A DNA stretch of 64,000 nt from the NCBI RefSeq assembly GCF_006345805.1, contig NC_043011.1, forward strand, positions 13,528,464 to 13,592,463. The letters are read 5' to 3'. Shown in pieces: positions 1-13,061 of this stretch. Position numbers and translations under genes: made by a program. This DNA comes from Octopus sinensis (taxonomy: Eukaryota). The notes under the pieces were generated by a model, which worked only from the letters and a program-made list of their open reading frames with translations, did not search any database and was not told the origin of the DNA. Numbering within the stretch: position 1 is the stretch's first letter; each line of letters starts with the position of its first letter.

Positions 1-289
1 TGATTTACATATACATGCATACATTGTATAATGCATTGTATAATGTATGCATGTCATTATTCAGTTTATTTCAAGTTTCTTGCCAATAGAGAAAAAACCG
101 GTTTCTAACCCAGATCCAAGGCTCCTTCATTGGAATTTCAACATCAACAAAAGGGTATTTTTTTGTTTGTTTGTTTGTATGTATGTATGTATGTACGTAC
201 GTATGTATGCATGTATGTATGTTTGTATGTATGTATGTATGTATGTACAGATTTGTATGCTTTATGTATGTATTCTCATGCATGTAGTT

Positions 290-955
290 GCATATCTAGA
301 CATGCTCATATATATTTAAACGATAAACTTCTGGAAAGTTTTACAGATTTTTAGTTCCAGTGATGGATTGGATCTGCAGACTTCGAATTAGTTTTCTCCT
401 CTCTGGTTTTGAGAAGCCTAATTTCTCAAGATTGGTACTTAAACAGTGTGTTACATACCCCAGGGCCCTAGTAATTACAGGTATAAACCTTAACTTGTAA
501 TCTGGATAGAGTAACTACAGATTTCTCAATAGTTCAGCACAGGCGTTCTCCTTTTCCCTGATCTTCAGCTTTATGTTAACATCCACTGGGCAGCTAATTT
601 CCACAACAGTGCACAGTTTCTCTTCTGTATCCCAAATCTTTATATCAGGTTTGGTGTGCTTACATTTTATTGAAGTCTTTACTGGTACATTCCACCAGTA
701 TTCCTTTTCATTATGAGTCGCTATGGCTTCTACCATATTGTGGGTTCTCATTTCTTTGTCCTCGGGATTATCCTTCCGACGAATTTCATTATAGAGTGTC
801 CTAGTTACAACGTCATGTCTCATCGGTAGATAAAACCGTGATGACATTTTCGGACAACTGTTTATGATGTGGGTGAGATCTTCGGTGTGAACTCCACTGT
901 CTGCATCGGTTGTCACACTTTACAGCTTTACCTGCATCTCTATCCCTTTTGTGCA
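290..955 (-). mobile_element. 3' fragment of an RLE-type (R4/Dong-like) non-LTR retrotransposon: CCHC knuckle plus restriction-like endonuclease
   Basis: ORF 515-916: THIINSCPKM..RHDVVTRTLY (zinc knuckle and RHD motif) and KPDIKIWDTEEKLCTVVEISCPVDVNI (PD..D/ExK endonuclease). The frame continues with stops to about 318, then runs into (TATG)n. Confidence 0.8.
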
Positions 956-1000
956 TTAGGTATATGCGTGTGTGTGTATGTGTGTGTCTATGTATGTGTG

Positions 1001-1084
<84 letters not shown>

Positions 1085-1105
1085 TATATATATAGTGTAT
1101 ATATA

Positions 1106-1230
<125 letters not shown>

Positions 1231-1674
1231 ATGTGTGTATATATATATAGATATATATTATCCGAATTTTATAGTATTAAGTGTCCATCACAGTTGGTCT
1301 TACTAATCAGTTTTGCGCAAAAAATACAATGGAGTGTTAGGCAACAAGCCAATTATATAAATACGCTCATCAGAGGTAGCCGACATGGAAGGGAATATGG
1401 TGGCTACTCTCTACTGGTGGAGGTGGATTAGCACAACCGGTCGGCGTCTGCTGTAAAAAGGTGGTGAAATGAAAAAGTTCCAAAGCATTCTGCTAAGTTA
1501 GGTATGTTGTGGAGACGGTGAAATTCATCTTGAAGTGGGGAAAGTTTGTATTAATAATGTGGTTTCTCTGCGGGACGGGGTGTGTGGTGTGTGTAGCGGT
1601 GTTATATATATAAAGTTTTCGGGGGGTGTCATATATATTAAATTTTCTAAGGGTGTAGATATATATATATATAT

Positions 1675-3418
1675 TGTTACGCCGCCGCTCATTCAACTCA
1701 GGACCCTAAGACCCCAGGCCTTCCGGGTCGATAACGGGCCCTAAGCCGCGACGACGCTCAGTGCTCAGTCAAACGGAAGTCCACCACAGAAAGCGGAGTA
1801 AAAGCGGCGAACGCAAGTCAGTAACCGAGACAACAACAACAAAGGTGAGAGACAGTGGAGTACTTTAACAATTTATAACTTCACAAAATCAATCAAAACA
1901 TTTCAAAACAAAAGCATTTAACTACAAGGTTAACAAACATTTAACAGATCGTACACAGAGTTTAAATAAAGAACAATCAATGGCATTTAGCAAAATACAA
2001 CGCTCGACAACAATCAAAGCAAATAGTCTTTCTCTTTCTTTCTTTTCTTTTTACAGTCTCTTTTCTCTCTCTCCTTCTAACACTGAGAGTTCGTTCTCAA
2101 AGATTCCTTTTCTTTCCTTTTCATCAGTCTTTCTGTTTTTTTCTACATTTACAAGTTCTCTTTTTTTCCTTTTCTTTTCAACAGATTACGTCACAAAGTC
2201 CCCTTTTTTTACATTTAAAACACAAATCAAAACATTAATAAACATTACCGCATGTTCCTCGTCCGCAACACTCAAAACAAAACCCCACTATATCAGTTCG
2301 AATTCAAAATGTCTCTCTCTGCCCCCCTACACTGCCATCTTCCTTACTTCCTCCCGCTCGTCAATTCTCACATTCACTGCCTGTCTTCCTCGCTTCGCCG
2401 TTATCATCTCCTGGCTGGCTGTCCGCATCGACTGACCGTCTCTCCCCAACTACCGCCTCTTGCCAACTGACCCCTCTTGCCAACTCAACTTCTCTTTATC
2501 CGGCCTCTCGCTGACTGACCCGCTAACACCAGTGCCCGTCGATTTTAAAGGGTGGAATTCTTTTTTTTTTCAACTTTCCCTGACCGTGTAGGGATCAGAA
2601 ATCACTTCCTAAACTCATTATTTACCGTTGCCGTTGACAGGACAAAGGATTTTTTTGTCGTCCTGAACAACTGGAGCGCCGGTTCAACTCCAACCAACGG
2701 AACTAGGGCACAATGTTCTTCTGTTAATTTTACCTCCGTAACACTATGTTGGATCTTGCAGGCATGAAGTGGATTCAATCTACCATAGCTAAATTTAAAT
2801 TAACAGTTCAACAGAACTTTTCTCACGGTGGAACAATGGTTTTTCTCTGACAGCAGTTTTACATTTTCCAGATGCCTTCAGCTAGGCCGAAATAATGTCT
2901 TCACCACTTGACCCTTTCTCACCGCTTCTATTTCACCAAAAGCTAGAATAGAGATATCATAGTACCACCAACGAAGCCCATTGTTCTCAACGATATGTCT
3001 ATCCTTCTGGATAGTTATAAAAGCAAGAACCCCAAGCAAAAACCAGTTAGTCGTTTTGGTGACAGCTCATTTAGTGAGAATGGCTGATCGGCTAGAACAG
3101 CTATAGTATTTCTTCAACGAAGCAGTTGTTTCGTTCCACACTCTCCCATTTTCACTAACTCACTTTGTCTTCTCTGCACATTACTTATATCTCTCTCTAT
3201 GGTTTACTACAACAATACGAACACACAGGCCAAAATTAACTTTTTTTTTACTTTGCACGCTCTTTGATTTTATCACCTGTCTGTCGAGGCAAGGCATTGT
3301 AGAATGTAAAGGTAGAAAATAAATATTTTCTTCACAACTTCAATTACTGTTCCTTCATCTTTACATAATGGCAATCAACAAAGAACGAATCCTTTACACA
3401 CTGATTACGGCGCCGACA
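1675..3418. mobile_element. Putative solo-LTR-like or other non-coding inserted unit
   Basis: Complex-sequence block bounded by TGT(TAC) and (CG)ACA, contrasting with its low-complexity flanks. No TSD or recognisable ORF. Confidence 0.3.
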
Positions 3419-3850
3419 TCTCATTATTGTTTACTAATTAATTTCATCCTTTACATATATATAACGCTGAGTTCTTTATATTCTGTTTTCTTTCTGTAAA
3501 GGATTAAACTGTGGGTTTTTTTTTATATTAGCGTGGGGAGTGTAATGTATAATGTGTGTGTGGTTTGTTGATATGTAGGGGACAATTTGCGTGAGGGAGT
3601 ATGTGCTGGGGGTAGTGGGTAATAGCTAACTGCAGGGTGTTCGCCTTATGGGGGTGTGCGTATGTGTACATGGATGCATTGGTGTATATCTTGGTCAAAC
3701 ACTTTATGCCGGGCCCAAGGGCATTGGTGGAAGGGCGTATGTATGTATGTATGTATGTATGTATGTATGTATGTATGTATGTATGTATGTATGTATGTAT
3801 ATATGTATATATATACACATATATATATATATATATTTATATATACATAC

Positions 3851-3966
<116 letters not shown>

Positions 3967-4042
3967 ATGGCGGTGTTCCACCATGGCCGTACTCAAATGA
4001 CTGAAACAAATAAAAGTAAAAAAGTATAAATACATGTGTGTG

Positions 4043-4158
<116 letters not shown>

Positions 4159-4174
4159 TGTGTGTGTGTGTGCG

Positions 4175-4360
4175 CGTGTGTGTGTGTATTTTTTTCTCTC
4201 CTTGTTTCTCTCCTTGTTTTTTCTGTGTCCCTTTCTGTAGAAGCGCGTAGGCTCGAAACGTAAAAGACTTTTTCTATTCCTGAGCGTTATACTCATACAT
4301 CTGTTTGTTTCGTACACCACCTGTCTTCGTCTTTTGCTTTTTTCGTAAACTCTCCCTATA
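4175..4360 (+). mobile_element. Short dispersed repeat (Penelope pLTR-like) with a hammerhead-like motif
   Basis: Near-identical to 23198-23372 on the minus strand. Contains CTGTAGAA-GCGC-GTAG-GCTC-GAAACGTA at 4235-4262. Confidence 0.65.
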
Positions 4361-5977
4361 TATATATATATATGAGGTTAACTGAGTTGGAGGTTAAAAT
4401 AACCGTCTAATGGATAGAAGTTTCCATTACACTACCGGTATATTACCTATGTTTAACCATGGGCATACATACGCAAGCATATTATGCTCATTAATCATAA
4501 GTAAAGACAAGGATAAACATGAGCTTATCAAGAATCGAAATTTAAAGAAAGCAGAAAATGGAAAAATATCGACGAGCAACAATTGACTTTCATTAATTAT
4601 TATTTAGCAAACAACTCCACAAACACAACCACAGACAGAATTTCTCACATATGTAATAGAGAAAATTGATATTGGTATGTGTCCATTTATTTATGTGTCT
4701 TTAAAACTCTTTGGAATAACTACTACCCTCACATCTCACATTATCATTGCTCCTATGATGTCACATTAATAACTACTTTTACATATCTTAGTAACAATTT
4801 AATAACCTTTAAACATGCATACGTTCTTTGATAACCAGTAATATATGTATGAGTGTGTGTATATGTATAAGTGTATAGGTCCTCGGATAAAAGACCCATA
4901 GTTAAAGTGTGAAAGTGGATAAACTTTTGTTGTAATTATTTACACACACACACACACACATGTAGTTCTGTATTTAAGAGATAAGGAATTACGTACATTA
5001 TGTTCATTATTTACATTTGACGGATATTTGTCCTCATCTTGTTTGTTGATAGAAGAGAGAGATAAGATACGTGCTGTCCTTAAGACAGTCCTGAAAGAAA
5101 AGAAAGATGATTACGTGAAGAAGAGAAAGATGGACGATGGTCACGTGTGAGCAACGAGAGAGAGAAACAGAGAAAGAAGGAGAGAGACAGATAGAAAACG
5201 ACGAAGGGGAGGGAAAAAGGGAATTAGAGAAAGGATTTATTTTCTCTTGTCAAAGAAAATATTTCTCCAGCGTTCGTTATTTTACTTTCGTTCTGGTCTA
5301 ACGGCCCTCCATGTTTATTTTCGTTCGGTTTCCTTGTATGTCTCCACTGTCCTGTTCTTGTTCCCAACTTTGACCCTCCATAAATCTTAAATTTTATTTG
5401 GGTACTTATGGGAGCAACTGTCTTCGAAGATTCCTATTGTCGTTGAATTCTCGAAATGAGGAGTAGATAGACAGCCGACAGCTGATGAAGGGTCGTTCTT
5501 TGTGTTACTTGACCTGTTTTCCATTTGTTTCTCTCGTTGTTTGCGTATTGAATTCATTGTCTGACCTACAGGATCTATTATTATTTATTGATTGCTAAAG
5601 CCAGGTTGTCTAGCTATATGATATTTTTTATTGATTGTGAAAGCAGCTGTGCTTAGCTACGGATTTACCATTCTAAAATGATAGAATTGTCTCGCTATCG
5701 ATCTGCGAATGTTAATTGATTATGAATAGGGTCTCACTGTGAGATTGGGCAAAACAGAACATACTACTTTCGGTCCCTGGAGTGCATGTGTGTATATTTA
5801 AGTGGTTCATTAGGGACTTTTTAAATAAGAGCCTGGCAGATAGTCGCGCGCGTGCGCGCACACAAATCAAGAATAGTATACAGCAATATCCATGATGATA
5901 GAGTCTAAGGAGTGTAAAGTTTCAATGGTAATCCTGATGGAGTATTGGTAAGGTGGCAAAGGAAAGGCACCAAAAGG

Positions 5978-6421
5978 GGATCTTTTCGGTTTGAACGGCA
6001 GTTTTTAAAAATAATTTCCACGTAACTAAACACTTTTAAACTTCGTATACTGGTAGAATGTGTTTATAAAATATCTTTTTCTCTTGGCTTTATTGAGAAA
6101 ATTCTATAGTTTGTAAGATATTTGTTTTTTTTCTCTTCAATTTCTGCAATTTCAACTAATCAGTGACGTCTATTGAGGTGAAAACATTCTGTGCCATATG
6201 AATATGTCCCTCGTTTAAGAAGCAGATTGGGTTTATTTACATTTGTGAAGAAAAAAAAAGATACCCTTCCCCCACCCCTAACCCTAACCCTAACTAACTC
6301 TAACCCTAACCCTAACCTAAAACAGATTGAAATGCAATAGATCGATACTAGGGTCATAATTATGGGTGACAATTTCATATGACACCGCTAGAAAAAACTG
6401 CCGTTCAAACCGAAATGATCC
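5978..6421. mobile_element. MITE, ~30-bp TIR GGATCTTTTCGGTTTGAACGGCAGTTTTT (Merlin-like), copy 1
   Basis: TIRs at both ends and an internal (CCCTAA)n tract. Homologous to five other copies, but no TSD here. Confidence 0.85.
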
Positions 6422-6761
6422 TTGCATTGTTGTGAAAGGAGAATTAAACAGGTAAGATGTGGCTATCAATTACACAAGTCACCCAAGGCTTGGACAAAAA
6501 CGGAGCTCATATCATTGAAGCACAACTTAAATTTTACTTCAACCGGAACCGCTTTATCGACATTATTCCGAAACTAATCAAGCAAGAAATGGATTTCATA
6601 TCGCTCAAACAAATTCCTCTCGGAACTACCAGCCAAAATACTAACACCTATACATATGCTGTCAAACAATACCCTAATTGCATGGACTATGATGACCTTA
6701 AACATGACGGGGGTGCTTTTCAGCCTGCGCCAAATGTGACCAAAACCTAAGTTGTTCAAGT

Positions 6762-6802
<41 letters not shown>

Positions 6803-7176
6803 TGTGTGCATGTCTATATAAACATATATTTATATTTAGTGGGAGATAACTATAGTCATAAACCATGTAAAGGTAAGGTAGTTACTTCCCTTTAACTATT
6901 CAAATATTTTTTTTTAGACTGGATAAAGTAACATCTTCATTCTGTTATTGTCTTCTGCTATAGCCTCAAGCCAATCAAAGCCTTCTGAGTGGATCTGGCT
7001 GACGGAAACTGAAAGAAGCCCATTATATGTCTCTCTCTCTCTCTTTATATGTAAAGAATTTTAATAACATCTTCGTTCAACTCCGTTTATTTACTTATAA
7101 GGTTTATTACTTATATATATATATATATATATATATATCATATATATATACATATATAATATATACATATATATAT

Positions 7177-7209
<33 letters not shown>

Positions 7210-7598
7210 GTAATAAATAGAATATATATATATATATAAACATATATGTACGTACCTACCTCTACATGTACATATATACACGCATATATGTGTACAGGAC
7301 ACCAAAAGGACGGTCGGTAACACATAGAGAGACGAAACACATAGACACAACCACGGAACAAGACAAGCAAAAAACAAAAAGGGAGAGATACAGGACAATA
7401 AGCACAACGAAAAATCCCCTTCTTCAGTCGCTAAGATTTCATCTACTAAACGTTTCGAAGGATAAAAGCGAGACGTATACTTCGAAGAGAAAAATTCCTT
7501 CCCGCGAAAAGCAAATCAATTAAAATTCTGAGATCTTTTCGCAGAGGGGTAAAAAAAAGCAAGACGGTAACGACAGTACAAACATATATATATTATAT

Positions 7599-7650
<52 letters not shown>

Positions 7651-7653
<3 letters not shown>

Positions 7654-7931
7654 AATATTATTAGAGACAAAACCACTATTTTGCAAAAACAACAAGGAAA
7701 GACTTAATCAATACATAAAATTTTAATAAAAAGTCAAAAAACCGCCACTACAATTGTTTCTTGTCCTAATCGACAATCTTCAGGTGGACTTCCAATTTTC
7801 AAGATTGTCGATTAGGACAAGAAACAATTGTAGTGGCGGTTTTTTTGACTTTTTATTAAAATTTTATGTATTGATTAAGTCTTTCCTTGTTTGTTTTGCA
7901 AAATAGTGGTTTTGTCTCTAATAATATTATA
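7651..7931. repeat. Long inverted duplication (~130-bp arms, 20-bp spacer 7781-7800)
   Basis: The left arm tataatattattagagacaaaacc...cgacaatctt is the near-perfect reverse complement of 7801-7931. Confidence 0.95.
7745..7787 (-). ncRNA. Minimal type I hammerhead ribozyme motif
   Basis: Minus strand reads CCAC-CUGAAGA-UUGUC-gauuag-GACAA-GAAAC-aauu-GUA-GUGG: full core, 4-bp stem I, 5-bp stem II and palindromic ACAAUUGU stem III. Confidence 0.75.
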
Positions 7932-8017
7932 TAATATTTTACTATAAAATTGGATTTAATCCTAAATCTGATTTTTTCCCTGTAAATTTGGATTTATTCC
8001 CTAATATTTATTATATA

Positions 8018-8080
<63 letters not shown>

Positions 8081-8096
8081 GTATATATTATATATG

Positions 8097-8136
<40 letters not shown>

Positions 8137-8184
8137 TATTATTATATATGTATATATATATGTATATATGTATATATATATATA

Positions 8185-8256
<72 letters not shown>

Positions 8257-8270
8257 AGAGAGAGAGAGAG

Positions 8271-8326
<56 letters not shown>

Positions 8327-8330
<4 letters not shown>

Positions 8331-10100
8331 TTGCAACTCAGTGACAGAACTTAAATTACCTTCTCGAGAAGTTCACAGCCGGAAACCAATAGCCAAGGCT
8401 GAAGGGAGACAATCATTTACCTTCGTGGTACTGTGATGATTGCTAGATGGCTGCACGGCCGAAAATTGATGGACAATGGCAAAGGGAGAAAAAATCTGGT
8501 AATGAGAGAGAAAATAAAAACCGCCCAAAATCTCCCGAGAGATCTCAATCACAAAGTAATCAGTTTTCACCAGTTCATCATCCTGCTGAGAAAAAAGCAT
8601 CAGTTTACATTGTCTCATATTGGAAATATGGATGGAACTCCATTAAACTTTGACATGCTGGGTATCAAAACGGTAGATTTGAAACGAGTAAAAACAATGC
8701 ACGTTAAAAGTACAGGATATGAGAAAACGAAGTTTACGGTGGTATTATCTTGGGATCTTTTCGGTTTGAACGGCAGTTTTTTCTAGTGGTGTCATATGAA
8801 ATTGTCACCCATAATTATGACCCTAGTATCAATCTATTGCATTTCAATCTGTTTTAGGGTTAGGGTTAGAGTTAGGGTTAGGGGTGGGGGAAGGGTATCT
8901 TTTTTTCTTCACAAATGTAAATAAACCCAATCTGTTTCTTAAACGAGGGACATATTCATACGGCACAGAATGTTTTTCTTACCTCAATAGACGTCAGTGA
9001 TTGATTGAAATTGCAGAAATTGAAGAAAAAAAACAACAAATATATTACAAACTATAGAATTTTCTTAATAAATCCAAGAGAAAAAGATGTTTTATAAACA
9101 CATTCTACGAGTAGTTAAGTGGAAATTATTTTAAAAAACTGCCGTTCAAACCGAAAAGATCCTTATCTTGCATGGCTGACGGTACAAAATTAAAACCCAT
9201 GGTCACTTTTAAACGTAAAACAAAGCCCAAAATAGATTTTCCACCTGACATTTTTGTTCATTTTCACAAGAAAATGGATGGACGAGAGTGGTGTGAAATT
9301 ATGGATTGAGAAAGTTTGATGCTTTATTAATATTATTTATCGTGATAGGAATTTAAAAAATTACAACGTCTCATGTTTTAAATGCAACTACTGTAAAATA
9401 TTCTGTTGTGTCTGGGGAGAGTCATTTTCGTTGCGTCTTGCAACCTTTTGCAAGACGCAACGAAAATTTTAGGAAAATAAAAATAAGGAATAAGTGGAAA
9501 TTTTACCGATGGGTGTGTTACATTATAAAGCACAAAAAGAAAACGACTCTCCCCAGATACAACAGAATATGCTTCAACACACGAACTCATATAAAGAATC
9601 TTGCAAACCAAATCCAAAACGAAATACTGTGAAATAATTTTATTGAAAACTACAGGTTGTGTGTAATCCAAGTTGCGTTATTTAACACTAAATGATAATA
9701 GTTATACATCACCATTAAAATTTTTGAAAGGTTAGCGAAAGATAGAGGTTACTGTGAGCGCAACCATAACTGGATGTTTACATTTCCTCAGCCGAGTCCG
9801 CATAGATAAAAGTTGATTTCAACGATATAGAATTATCTCTCCAATAGGCTATTTATTATGAAGATATATAAAGTAATATATAAAGTAAATATGTTTTTAT
9901 TACCGATATTATATTTTTTAAACATTTTGTTAATCTGTTCATGTATGTCTATGGTCATCGCACCGAGGTTGAGGTTAGCGTACTTATAAAGTCACTCAAA
10001 ATTCAAAGTTTGATTTTTAGAATGGTGATATAAGACGACCCCAAATTTTTAGGGTAAATTTTAGAATTTAATGGTAGTCTTATACGCGGAAATATACGGC
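8327..10100 (+). mobile_element. Degenerate pogo/Tigger-type (Tc1/mariner) DNA transposon, interrupted by a MITE
   Basis: LSHIGNMDGTPLNFDM..KSTGYEKTKFTVVLS (8433-8750) continues after the MITE as CMADGTKLKPMVTFKRK (from 9168), a DDE_1-type domain. Pogo-like right TIR cttatacgcggaaatatacgg at 10079-10099. Confidence 0.85.
8753..9162. mobile_element. MITE (Merlin-like), copy 2
   Basis: TIRs, 8-bp TSD TTATCTTG (8745-8752 / 9163-9170) and an internal (TTAGGG)n-like tract. Confidence 0.92.
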
Positions 10101-10960
10101 ATATATATATACATCAAAATAAGCAACAAGTATATCCAAGGTAGAGTAGTACAATTGTTTCATGCTACTTCATTTTATTAAACACTGTAAATATTACATC
10201 AGTTTTAAAATGTCGAGCAATCTTCAACCACATATAGAATTTTCCAATTAAACGGACAATGCACATTCTTATCCCTATTTCATTTGCCAACATTACAAAG
10301 ACGGTAGATATATAGACAGAGAGGTTGATTTCATTCATAAGAGCATGATAGTAGTATGTTTACTCTCCGTCTGTATATTTTATCATTTATATATATAGAT
10401 GCATACAGCCAGTGGATCACCTATCCGAAAAAGAAGCATTATTAGAGTCTGACAACTCGTCTATAAAGCTTGGCGCTTTGTAGATGCCAAACCATTGGTC
10501 ACGCTATGACCGGAGGACATATATTAACTTCAAGTAAATATATATATATCGCATAATGAGATATTTTGAGTCCTTAAGTAATAGAATTTCTAACAGGAAT
10601 ATTCGGTAATCCGTTCCTGCTTTGTTTTCGTAAATTGGCCAAAGAACGGTTGAATTTAGTCAACGGAGTCCATTTAACGAAGTTCATTTGCCTCATGGAG
10701 TAGCTGGATAGCGAACTCATTCAACAACAACCTCAATATTCAATTATACTCGCATACTTGTTGCTAATGCCCAGTCGATAGACGTGGTGCGAGAGGTAAA
10801 ATATTTTTAGCGTTGATCTGAATGATCCCACGTGTAATTCCAAGAAGAGCTGGTCTTAAATCACCAGCGAGAACCATGTTCATTACTCTCATTATATGTG
10901 TGCTGTTTTTCAGATTTTGTATTGTCTAATTCAAATCCGTACGTGGCTAATAGTGGCTTC

Positions 10961-11173
10961 CTCCTAAGACAGCGAGCTGGCAGAATCGTTAGCATACTGG
11001 GCAAAATGCTTAGCGGTATTTCTTTCATTCTGAGTTCAAATTCCAACGAGGTCGACTTTTGCCTTTCATCTTTTCGGGGGCAAGAAAATAAGTACCAGTT
11101 GAGCATTGGGGGGTCGATGTAATCGACTTACCCCTCTTCTGAAATTGCTGGCGTTGTGCCAAAACTTGAAAGC
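10961..11173 (+). mobile_element. tRNA-derived SINE family A
   Basis: A box (TGGCAGAATCGTTAG), B box (GAGTTCAAATT), GTCGACTTTGCCTTTCATC core, and 12-bp TSD AATAGTGGCTTC. Confidence 0.88.
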
Positions 11174-11569
11174 AATAGTGGCTTCACCTTAAATACTCAA
11201 CTTACATCTTTGCTGGAGTTCCGCCAGTTCTTTTTGTTGTTGCACAAAGGTAGTTCACATCATGTGAGGCTTATGGGAGGCTCTTCTTTCAACCAAAAAC
11301 GTTGCTGTAATATCACTTGATACCACAGTAAGGGCAATATGTTGCCCTTGACGAATTTTTGAAACGATTCAAGTTTCCAAGATTTTGCAAAGAGGAGGAA
11401 GGATGTGTCTGCATTAATGAATCAGAGTCCCCTATTATTATTTTCAATAGGCATGCTTCGACTCATCTACAAATGGCAATCCTACCTCTTGTCTTTGTTT
11501 AAGTAATGCTCTGATATATTGCTTTTGCACTCATGGGCGTTCGTTAGTTCCACAGGCTGAGAGCATATC

Positions 11570-11799
11570 TGTTTCATTATTGCCCACAAGGGGGCTACAC
11601 ACAGAGGGGACAAACAAGGACAGACAAACAGATTAAGTCGATCACATCGACCCCAGTGCGTAACTGGTACTTAATTTATCGACCCCGAAAGGATTAAAGG
11701 CAAAGTAGACCTCGGCGGAATTTGAACTCAGAACGTATCGGCAGACGAAATACGGCTACGCATTTCGCCCGGTATGCTAACGATTCTGCCAGCTCGCCG
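11570..11799 (-). mobile_element. SINE family A inserted in the Helitron
   Basis: Full family-A consensus with 13-bp TSD CTGAGAGCATATC. Confidence 0.9.
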
Positions 11800-12485
11800 C
11801 TGAGAGCATATCAACAAACGACTGTCTCATTTGATTTGTCACTCCAGTGACTGATGCTTCCTGTAGTGTGTTTCAGTGTCGATTATCTTGCAGAGATCCA
11901 TGTAGCCCACATGTATCTTTGTATGTTCTGCACATCTTGCCTGCAGAACACCTGAGACCCCCAAATGATGAGCTGTGGTAGAAATGAAATGCATTCTCTG
12001 CCCATTCTTTTGATGGACTACTTAGCAGACCGCAAGATAGCCCTGTTAATGGAGTTCACGGTCTGATTGATGGTTTGATTTCATCCAATCCATACTCATT
12101 GAGCTCCATCTCAATTGCAAACGTAATCATGTCACTATCCCTATTAGCATGTTTTATAGTATATCGCATTGCTTTGATAGAATTGTAATACTCTACATTG
12201 ATGTAGGCTTTTAGAATCTCGCACAATTTGCAGTGTGAGAATACCCATGAATTGTCCAACGTAAATTCCTCTCTAAGACTTGTCTTGCGTTCGTATCCTG
12301 TCTTATGCTTGTAGTAAATAGAAGCTTGATGACAGTATGATTGGCTATCCAATATTTCTTAGGTCACCGTCAGAGATGATGGCATCTCGAATGTGAATGT
12401 AACTGCCTACTCTTTTCTTGGTGTTATCATGTCCTAAAGTCGACAAAACCATTTCAGCTGAGTTGGAAGATAAGTATATAATCAT

Positions 12486-12833
12486 CCCCTCCACACCGTG
12501 GTGGGGACGCTGGCAAGGGGTAGTGTCAGAGCTATGCCGTCGGGAACTTCGGTTCCTGGCAGGGCCACCCAAGGTGGATTGGTCTGACACCGAGTGGTAT
12601 TAGGGCCACAACCCAGCAGAAAATCCTCGGAGTGTCTGTTTCGGCAACTGGCGGCTCCTCGGTCGTTCTGTCCCTGCGTCTGCAGACAATCTGTGGCAAA
12701 CAGGATGTCTCTACATGCAGGATTGTTGGAGACCGCTTGTGAAATCCACATATTCCCACGAAACCTCTTCCATGAGTAGAAGAAGCCGACTCAACCCGCC
12801 CAGGGTGAATGTCGCCACAAGTACAAGTACAAG
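12486..12833 (+). mobile_element. 5'-truncated LINE 3' end with (ACAAGT)n tail
   Basis: GC-rich insert ending acaagtacaagtacaag, flanked by 15-bp TSD TAAGTATATAATCAT (12471-12485 / 12834-12848). Confidence 0.75.
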
Positions 12834-13061
12834 TAAGTATATAATCATTTGCTCTTATCTTGTCTTTGTAGGAAGCCCAACGTTCTTGTCTCAGTTGGCT
12901 AGTTACTTCTTGGAATCGCAGAAATGATCTTACTTATGAGTAAATCTGTCATAGAATGAAACAAATATCCATCCTGACCATATAGAAACAAAAATAATGA
13001 AACAATATTAGAGTGAAATATAGGTCCTTTGAGCTAAATATACTTGCTCGGAATACTTATT

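Noticed and set aside
6270-6320. True telomere or chromosome fusion site from CCCTAA repeats
   Set aside because: The tracts are short, degenerate and always internal to the MITE.
6457-6750. 97-aa complex ORF preceded by CAG|GTAAG
   Set aside because: No recognisable domain, and no matching acceptor or partner exon.
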